Below are positions 7,884 to 13,179 of a stretch of DNA of 13,384 nt, piece after piece (position 1 is the stretch's first letter; every line of letters begins with the position of its first letter). The stretch lies in sequence record MK327931.1. One strand, written 5' to 3'. Under the pieces are notes generated by a model. It was not told the origin of the DNA and made no database searches. It saw nothing but the letters and a program-made list of their open reading frames with translations. The translations under genes were made by a program, and so were the position numbers.

Positions 7884-8107
7884 TAGTTCTTTTCCTTTCT
7901 TTCTATTTGTTTCATAAGAACATCGATATACTCACCCGCAAACCTATTCTGATACTGCGTCCCCATGAATTCCAACATCCATACTTCAGCAACCTTTTCT
8001 TCAATTTCAGTCCATTGTAAGTACATCATAGTGAAGTAAATGGTGTTCTCTTTTTTTCTGGCACTCTTAGCACGGGCCTCGTATTCAAAGTTATTAATGA
8101 TGTTCAT
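7883..8107 (-). CDS. Family A paralog A7
   Basis: FMGTQYQNRFAGEYIDVL. Start moved to MNIIN (8107). Confidence 0.9.
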   Translation of the reverse strand: MNIINNFEYEARAKSARKKENTIYFTMMYLQWTEIEEKVAEVWMLEFMGTQYQNRFAGEYIDVLMKQIERKEKN

Positions 8108-8321
8108 TACATTTGTCCATAATGTAATTCTTGAGTGCAACTATGTGTGCAATAACATACTCTTCCTGGAAGTTCGTCCCCAGTACAGCCAACATGCGTA
8201 CATCGGTGGTGTTTATCTTGTGTTCCAATCGAGTTAAACCTTTTATTTGTAAAAGGGTATCGTATTTGTTTAATGCATCAATGATAATTCTCATCTTCTC
8301 AATATTACTTAAATGTTTCAT
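8094..8321 (-). CDS. Family A paralog A6
   Basis: VLGTNFQEEYVIAHIVAL. Confidence 0.9.
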   Translation of the reverse strand: MKHLSNIEKMRIIIDALNKYDTLLQIKGLTRLEHKINTTDVRMLAVLGTNFQEEYVIAHIVALKNYIMDKCNEHH

Positions 8322-8530
8322 AGTTTACTCTTAATGTAGTTCTGAAGTTCAATTAAGTATTTCCCTACATAATACTCCTGAAAGTCTGTATCCAAAAATG
8401 CACCCAAAAGTAAATCCTTCTCCATTGCCCTTGATAAGTTAAGGTCTGCATTTGAAAGGTATATAAGTAATATTTCAGTCTGGACAGAATTAAAACGTTT
8501 CTTATATTCTTCAGGTGTTAATATAATCAT
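8318..8530 (-). CDS. Family A paralog A5 (G>D variant)
   Basis: FLDTDFQEYYVGKYLIEL. Confidence 0.9.
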   Translation of the reverse strand: MIILTPEEYKKRFNSVQTEILLIYLSNADLNLSRAMEKDLLLGAFLDTDFQEYYVGKYLIELQNYIKSKL

Positions 8531-8742
8531 AATTTGCTCCTGATGTATTTCTCAAGAGATGACAAATACTTTTCCTCATAATACTCCTGATAGTCTGTTC
8601 CCAAGAATGCACCCATAAGTATTTCATTTTCCAATACCTCGGCTAAGTTTAAATCAGACGTCTCTTCGTATATTATGAGGATTTCAAGTTGTCTGGCAGC
8701 GATGCGTTCAGTATATTGATATGAGTTTTCTATAATAATCAT
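8527..8742 (-). CDS. Family A paralog A4
   Basis: FLGTDYQEYYEEKYLSSL; close to A5. Confidence 0.9.
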   Translation of the reverse strand: MIIIENSYQYTERIAARQLEILIIYEETSDLNLAEVLENEILMGAFLGTDYQEYYEEKYLSSLEKYIRSKL

Positions 8743-8948
8743 ATTTTACTCTTAATATCTTCTATTAAAAATCGAATCCATTCTTCAACATAATCTTCCT
8801 GATGGTTTGTGTTCAGTACAGCCAACATGCGGATCTCTGCTCTTGCAACTTCAATTTCAGTTTTAGGCAGGTCTTTGCTGATATCCACCATTAAGTCCAT
8901 GTATTTCAAGATAAGACCGTATGATTGGGTTCGTGTTATAGTTTTCAT
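8739..8948 (-). CDS. Family A paralog A3 (G>N variant)
   Basis: VLNTNHQEDYVEEWIRFL. Confidence 0.9.
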   Translation of the reverse strand: MKTITRTQSYGLILKYMDLMVDISKDLPKTEIEVARAEIRMLAVLNTNHQEDYVEEWIRFLIEDIKSKI

Positions 8949-9145
8949 TGTTTCCTCGTGGACAATATTTTATTTTTCAATGTATCCATATATTGCCACA
9001 CCCATCTACCCTGATAGTTTGTTCCCAATGTAATCAAAAGGTATAACTCCATTCGTTCTACGTGTGTGTCTGTGTTGTAAATCTTTACGTAGTTTTTACG
9101 TAACAGTGATTGATATTCTTCTTTATTTAAAATACGCATTTTCAT
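8945..9145 (-). CDS. Family A paralog A2
   Basis: TLGTNYQGRWVWQYMDTL. Confidence 0.9.
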   Translation of the reverse strand: MKMRILNKEEYQSLLRKNYVKIYNTDTHVERMELYLLITLGTNYQGRWVWQYMDTLKNKILSTRKQ

Positions 9146-9339
9146 AGTTTACTCGTTATATCTTCAATTAAATACCAAATCCAATCGTTGACATACCTTT
9201 CCTGAAAGTTAGTTCCAATGAATAGTGCCATAATTAATTCACGCTTATAGGCAATACCACGGTCATGGGACTTATACATTATCATAGCCATGTTATTGAT
9301 AAGTCTTTCGTGGTGCTGTTCTTTAGTTAAAATACGCAT
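9142..9339 (-). CDS. Family A paralog A1 (first gene of the array)
   Basis: FIGTNFQERYVNDWIWYL. Start moved to MRILTKEQ (9339; GGGAG upstream; the track start abuts the -10 box). Confidence 0.9.
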   Translation of the reverse strand: MRILTKEQHHERLINNMAMIMYKSHDRGIAYKRELIMALFIGTNFQERYVNDWIWYLIEDITSKL

Positions 9340-9369
9340 AGGGACTCCCTTAAAATTAATATCAATCAT

Positions 9370-9397
9370 ATTTTATACGATTCATATAAAAAGTCAA
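9370..9397 (-). promoter_or_regulatory. Predicted promoter of the family A operon
   Basis: TTGACT-16 nt-TAAAAT, 30 nt upstream of the A1 start. Confidence 0.65.
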
Positions 9398-9494
9398 TAA
9401 CATTTTATTCGTAATACCCCTTTATCGAAGTCGCTAAGGTTACCCGCCCTTTAGCCCCCTACGCATTTTGCCATAGTCCAATCCCTTTTATTTC

Positions 9495-9560
9495 AAAAAA
9501 GTCAAGGGATTACCTATGCATTTTTTTAACGCATAATTTTAAAAACGCCTTGACTTTTTT
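9495..9560. terminator. Long inverted repeat, possible bidirectional terminator
   Basis: AAAAAAGTCAAGG (9495-9507) and CCTTGACTTTTTT (9548-9560) form a perfect 13 bp inverted repeat ending in a T-tract on both strands, enclosing a second 8 bp stem (9515-9535). Confidence 0.5.
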
Positions 9561-9588
9561 CTGAATCAGTACTAGATCCCTTTACGCA

Positions 9589-9798
9589 TTAATCCTTCGT
9601 TACGCTAACGATTATCTGTGTATCCCCGTAGTCCTGCCATACTTCCACGCCATCGGTCGCCCTGGTTAGTCGTGCTGTCATCTGCTTAATGGTCTTAGGC
9701 TTTAGTGGAACCTGTTGCAGTACTGTACGCATAGCATCATTGACGTTATCATGTACGCCTGCAATAGTACCTAGAACGCTGTATACTGTATAGAACAT
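9589..9798 (-). CDS. Hypothetical protein (69 aa)
   Basis: ORF track; AGGAGG 8 nt upstream. Confidence 0.85.
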   Translation of the reverse strand: MFYTVYSVLGTIAGVHDNVNDAMRTVLQQVPLKPKTIKQMTARLTRATDGVEVWQDYGDTQIIVSVTKD

Positions 9799-9822
9799 AT
9801 GTATGCCCTCCTGATATAGTTA

Positions 9823-9842
9823 AGGCCGCTACAAGGCGGCCT
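9823..9842 (-). promoter_or_regulatory. Leader/intergenic hairpin
   Basis: AGGCCGC-6 nt-GCGGCCT, a perfect 7 bp stem just upstream of the RBS. Confidence 0.6.
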
Positions 9843-9866
9843 ATGATGTTTGGTGATGTGTAACGC

Positions 9867-10268
9867 TTACAGTCCTAAGATAGTGCGTGCTTCGTTACGT
9901 TCCGTACACAGCTGCATGATGTGAGCAAGTAAGTCCTTGCTAATGTATCCGGTGTTCATAGCTTCACGAATAGATACATCATACGCACCGAACCCCGTGC
10001 GAACGATACGCACATCATTCAGGTTAGTATTATAGATACCGCCGAGATCAACGGCTTCGAATACTACATCAACAGAATATTCATTGTTGCCATCGTGGAA
10101 GTTTTCCAGTGCAATAGTATTGGATACCGCCCAACGTTTGCAGTTTCCAATGATGCGGCACTGTTCCGGTTGGATAGTACCATTACTTACAGCGTACTCC
10201 AGTGCATCTTTACCAAAAGTCCGAGCCAGTACTAAAACGTCAGCGAAGGAATTGATTGAGAAGGTCAT
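9867..10268 (-). CDS. Hypothetical protein (133 aa)
   Basis: Start moved to MTFSINS (10268; AAGGAG upstream). The track extension runs through the leader hairpin. Confidence 0.85.
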   Translation of the reverse strand: MTFSINSFADVLVLARTFGKDALEYAVSNGTIQPEQCRIIGNCKRWAVSNTIALENFHDGNNEYSVDVVFEAVDLGGIYNTNLNDVRIVRTGFGAYDVSIREAMNTGYISKDLLAHIMQLCTERNEARTILGL

Positions 10269-10288
10269 GATAAAACTCCTTAATTTAG

Positions 10289-10350
10289 GAGGGAGAACCA
10301 TTTCCCCCTCTCTATGTAAAACATTATACTTGATTCTAAGTACTATGCAA
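10289..10350 (-). promoter_or_regulatory. Cassette module: promoter plus leader hairpin
   Basis: TTGCAT-16-TATAAT (10350-10323), then hairpin GAGGGGGAA-ATGG-TTCTCCCTC (10310-10289). Confidence 0.85.
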
Positions 10351-10357
10351 GTACTTT

Positions 10358-10690
10358 TTACATTTTAATACCTGGATTCAGGTAGCGGTGAGATCCATAT
10401 TCTGGATCGGTTTCGGTCCAGTACTGTAAATCGATAGTACCTTTCGCGTTAATCTTGTCTACCAGCTTATTCATCTTAGTGTATACTACGTCAGCATCGA
10501 TGCGTTTAAAGCCAGTAGCTTTAGTGAAGTAGTAGTGATTTGCTTCACTATCATTAAGGATATACCGAGCACCGTTTGCAGTCTGTGCGATAATGATTGA
10601 GTATTCTACTTCCCGATCCAGACCGTCGATGAATACAGATGAAACATTGGTACGGATGAAAGCTTTAACGATAGCGATTGAAGTACTCAT
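10358..10690 (-). CDS. Hypothetical protein (110 aa)
   Basis: ORF track; AGGAG RBS; C-terminal IDLQYWTETDPEYGS motif. Confidence 0.85.
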   Translation of the reverse strand: MSTSIAIVKAFIRTNVSSVFIDGLDREVEYSIIIAQTANGARYILNDSEANHYYFTKATGFKRIDADVVYTKMNKLVDKINAKGTIDLQYWTETDPEYGSHRYLNPGIKM

Positions 10691-10710
10691 TTTGAATCTC
10701 CTAACTTTGT

Positions 10711-10772
10711 GGGCCGTCGCACCATTGCCGCCCTACGAGATACATTATTGCAGTACTGATATACTTTGTCAA
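10711..10772 (-). promoter_or_regulatory. Cassette module, variant
   Basis: TTGACA-17-AATAAT; the upstream half is identical to the 12723 and 13217 copies; imperfect hairpin GGGCGGCA-ATGG-TGCGACGGCCC. Confidence 0.7.
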
Positions 10773-10885
10773 TACTTTTTTTATTAATAGTTTTCACCCC
10801 ACCAGCAGATAGTTACTCACCGTTATTAACTATATATTTTAGATACACTCCTGCACCCAGTGGGCTAGTTTTTGTCTATGCGTAT

Positions 10886-10914
10886 ATAATAGCAAAGGGA
10901 CTGACCGGAGTCAA
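10886..10914 (-). promoter_or_regulatory. Orphan sigma70-type promoter
   Basis: TTGACT-17-TATTAT with a TG extended -10, overlapping a terminator-like hairpin. Confidence 0.6.
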
Positions 10915-10925
10915 TCCCTTTTTTT
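10894..10925. terminator. Intrinsic terminator-like hairpin
   Basis: Minus strand: GGGAUUGAC-UCCG-GUCAGUCCC (UNCG-type tetraloop) followed by UUU; plus strand followed by T7. Lies 12 nt after the stop of 10937..11137. Confidence 0.7.
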
Positions 10926-10936
10926 ATTCTTTTTTG

Positions 10937-11137
10937 TTAGATGATTCTCCAATCTTCTACGATCATGGTAAGATAACGGACCATCGATTCAAGTGATTCG
11001 AATTCCCGATAGTCTGCCGCTCCACCAGCGGTACAAGTACAGCCGATTAAACCATTTTGTAATTCCTTAATCTGTACATCGATAAGGTTGGCTTTAGCTT
11101 CTTTCAGTACTTCAACCAGGGCGATAGCGATAGACAT
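10937..11137 (-). CDS. Hypothetical protein (66 aa)
   Basis: ORF track; GGAG RBS; has its own promoter module. Confidence 0.85.
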   Translation of the reverse strand: MSIAIALVEVLKEAKANLIDVQIKELQNGLIGCTCTAGGAADYREFESLESMVRYLTMIVEDWRII

Positions 11138-11160
11138 AATGTTTTACTCCAAACTATTGA

Positions 11161-11220
11161 CGGGAGAACTATTCCCCCGCTCTATGTAAAACATTATACA
11201 TTACTGGTTAGTACTGTCAA
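11161..11220 (-). promoter_or_regulatory. Cassette module: promoter plus leader hairpin
   Basis: TTGACA-16-TATAAT (11220-11193); hairpin CGGGGGAA-TAG-TTCTCCCG. 11161-11199 is identical to 12136-12174. Confidence 0.9.
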
Positions 11221-11226
11221 ATAGTT

Positions 11227-11484
11227 TTATGAAATATCTTCGATGTAGTCGGCCCATTTCATTTTTTCAGTACTGTCAATGGCTACCGGATTATTTGGAT
11301 CAAACCATTCACCATTCCCGCAATACATACCCACGGCAACGGTTTTATATCCATCCTGTGCAGTACTCCACGACATAGCACGATAGATATGGCCTTTAAC
11401 TGGTTGCAATACTGGTAATGTTTTATGGTCTTCTACGTAGGCCATAGCTTGAGGATTTACCCGATATTGTGTGAACTGTTCCAT
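11227..11484 (-). CDS. Hypothetical protein (85 aa)
   Basis: ORF track; AAGGGG RBS. Confidence 0.85.
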   Translation of the reverse strand: MEQFTQYRVNPQAMAYVEDHKTLPVLQPVKGHIYRAMSWSTAQDGYKTVAVGMYCGNGEWFDPNNPVAIDSTEKMKWADYIEDIS

Positions 11485-11512
11485 TATGTTTCCCCTTGTA
11501 GTTAGTAAAGTT

Positions 11513-11541
11513 ATTACATCAGTACTATCAAGCTATGTCAA
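11513..11541 (-). promoter_or_regulatory. Promoter without a leader hairpin
   Basis: TTGACA-17-TGTAAT; AGTACT both in the spacer and upstream of the -35. Confidence 0.65.
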
Positions 11542-11560
11542 TAGTACTGAAATAAAACTT

Positions 11561-11785
11561 TTAGATTAGATTATTGATGCCGTTGATGGTAGACTCGCTT
11601 TCTTCTTTCTCCCATTGGCGGTAGTACTTCCATGCTTCATGATATGTGGCGATTAGTTCATCTTTTTGATCCTGAGTACATGCCAGTACTGAATCACGGT
11701 GAGCGGTTTTATAGATAGAATCGAATGATTTCTTCTCTTCTGCCAGGTTAGCTACTTCCCGCATCAGTTCATCAAAGTTAGCCAT
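11561..11785 (-). CDS. Hypothetical helical protein (74 aa)
   Basis: ORF track; AAGGAG RBS. Confidence 0.85.
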   Translation of the reverse strand: MANFDELMREVANLAEEKKSFDSIYKTAHRDSVLACTQDQKDELIATYHEAWKYYRQWEKEESESTINGINNLI

Positions 11786-11803
11786 TTTATTACTCCTTTT
11801 AGT

Positions 11804-11860
11804 GGGGGAGGATATCTCCCCCTATGCAAAACATTATACTTTGTTTTAGTTATTATGCAA
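11804..11860 (-). promoter_or_regulatory. Cassette module: promoter plus leader hairpin
   Basis: TTGCAT-16-TATAAT (11860-11833); hairpin GGGGGAG-ATATC-CTCCCCC. Confidence 0.85.
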
Positions 11861-12116
11861 GTACTTTTTTCATATAAAGATTATATTCTACACCGCCGTA
11901 ACCTTCTACGATGATATGTTTTGCGTTATCACGTTTGCACATAGTGAAACCGTTGTTGATGTGTTCTGCATTTTCCAGGGCGACATCACCGATAGCGGCA
12001 CATACGGCACTAATAACAGTATTCCGCAAAGTACTGGTATCATTAGCGGTCATAGTAGTTTGCAGTACTACGTTGTCGTATACGTGTGCATTGATAGTGA
12101 TTTCGATAGTGTTCAT
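11853..12116 (-). CDS. Hypothetical protein (87 aa)
   Basis: ORF track; AGGAG RBS; its last codons overlap the next promoter. Confidence 0.85.
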   Translation of the reverse strand: MNTIEITINAHVYDNVVLQTTMTANDTSTLRNTVISAVCAAIGDVALENAEHINNGFTMCKRDNAKHIIVEGYGGVEYNLYMKKVLA

Positions 12117-12134
12117 GGTGTATCTCCTGGACTG

Positions 12135-12195
12135 GCGGGAGAACTATTCCCCCGCTCTATGTAAAACATTATACGTTAATCTAACTACAATGCAA
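12135..12195 (-). promoter_or_regulatory. Cassette module: promoter plus leader hairpin
   Basis: TTGCAT-16-TATAAT (12195-12168); hairpin GCGGGGGAA-TAG-TTCTCCCGC. Confidence 0.9.
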
Positions 12196-12202
12196 GTACT
12201 TT

Positions 12203-12394
12203 TTAAATTTTATTTCCGATATAGTCCGGTCTATTCTTTTCGGTCATACGCTTTGCTAATGTTTGCATATGGCTTATTGCGTTTAATGTGTCTTCCTCCA
12301 GGGATGAATCAACATAATCAGGATCATTCTTCACCTTGCAATGATTATGATAGCGTAGTACTGCCAGTACTTTTTTAACTTCTTCTACTGTCAT
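12203..12394 (-). CDS. Hypothetical protein (63 aa)
   Basis: ORF track; ATGA-coupled to 12391..12663. Confidence 0.8.
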   Translation of the reverse strand: MTVEEVKKVLAVLRYHNHCKVKNDPDYVDSSLEEDTLNAISHMQTLAKRMTEKNRPDYIGNKI

Positions 12395-12663
12395 AATAAG
12401 TACCCCACTTCGTTAGCTTTCAGGTTAGTATCAATCATCAGTGGATTTTTGTAGTTCACAAAACGATTAGTTTTCTCGATAGCGAATCCCATATAATCCA
12501 GCTTACTAACAGTACATTCATTCTTAAAAACTTCTTTCGCTGCATCGATGGCTGATTGCATGGATAACCGACCATCTAAATTAATGTTTCCAAATGATCC
12601 ACCAGCAGAAGTAGGATTACCGTTCATATCTTTAATGATCATAGTAGCGGAGTAGCTGGACAT
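12391..12663 (-). CDS. Hypothetical protein (90 aa)
   Basis: ORF track; AAGGA RBS; has its own promoter module. Confidence 0.85.
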   Translation of the reverse strand: MSSYSATMIIKDMNGNPTSAGGSFGNINLDGRLSMQSAIDAAKEVFKNECTVSKLDYMGFAIEKTNRFVNYKNPLMIDTNLKANEVGYLL

Positions 12664-12685
12664 AATTTTGTTTCCTTTTAGTATC

Positions 12686-12744
12686 GGGGAGAACTATTCT
12701 CCCCTTGATGTAAACTATTATACAGTACTGATATACTTTGTCAA
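12686..12744 (-). repeat. 59 bp direct repeat, copy 1 (promoter plus hairpin module)
   Basis: Identical to 13180-13238; TTGACA-16-TATAAT followed by GGGGAGAA-TAG-TTCTCCCC. Confidence 0.95.
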
Positions 12745-12750
12745 ATACTT

Positions 12751-13158
12751 TTATTCGCCCATATAGATTAAGTTATCATCGCCTACATAGGGATCGCAAA
12801 CGTTGATTTCTTCGCAGTACTTCGTGAATACATCGCCATAGTGACCTAAACCACGATCCCAAAAACCAGTTCCGTGACCTTCGCGGGTAAGGAACAGATC
12901 ATGACCAGCTTGCTCATAACCGTAATCAATAAACATACCGCGAACTACTTCCAGATCATTACCGTGTTTCTCAATGAAGCGAGAACATGCAATCACCGCC
13001 GCTTGACGTGCTTCATCAGATAACTCATAATCTTCCAGGTAATCGCCGTTATCATTATGTACAGTACTGAATTGCATAGCTTCAATGTAAGCTACAACCA
13101 TTGCAGCATGATTTTTATCGTTAGTGATGTTCCGAGCGAGATTAGTAGTAGTAGACAT
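12751..13158 (-). CDS. Acidic hypothetical protein (135 aa) with a GHDxxLTRxGHGxGFWDR motif
   Basis: ORF track; AAGGA RBS; has its own promoter module. Confidence 0.9.
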   Translation of the reverse strand: MSTTTNLARNITNDKNHAAMVVAYIEAMQFSTVHNDNGDYLEDYELSDEARQAAVIACSRFIEKHGNDLEVVRGMFIDYGYEQAGHDLFLTREGHGTGFWDRGLGHYGDVFTKYCEEINVCDPYVGDDNLIYMGE

Positions 13159-13179
13159 GATTTTATTCCTTATTGTATT

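Noticed and set aside
2983-9339. Diversity-generating retroelement as the source of paralog variation
   Set aside because: No reverse transcriptase or template/variable repeat pair in the window, and differences between the close copies A20 and A21 are not adenine-restricted.
2279-9339. Common ancestry of families A and B via L[ST]xxEY
   Set aside because: S/T-x-x-E is a generic helix N-cap motif, it sits at opposite ends of the two families, and nothing else aligns.
9453-9476. Mini-ORF MAKCVGG on the minus strand as a leader peptide
   Set aside because: Only 7 codons with a weak RBS and no attenuator-type codon run; expected by chance.
9548-9580. Plus-strand promoter from TTGACT at 9550
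   Set aside because: The best -10 candidate (TAGATC) is poor and no plus-strand gene follows.
11269-11279. TTGACAGTACT inside gene 11227..11484 as an internal promoter
   Set aside because: No -10-like hexamer 16-18 nt downstream.
12686-12704. N4-type virion RNA polymerase hairpin promoter
   Set aside because: The hairpin lies downstream of a full -35/-10, the template-strand loop (CTA) is not the N4 purine loop, and G.U pairs favour an RNA structure.
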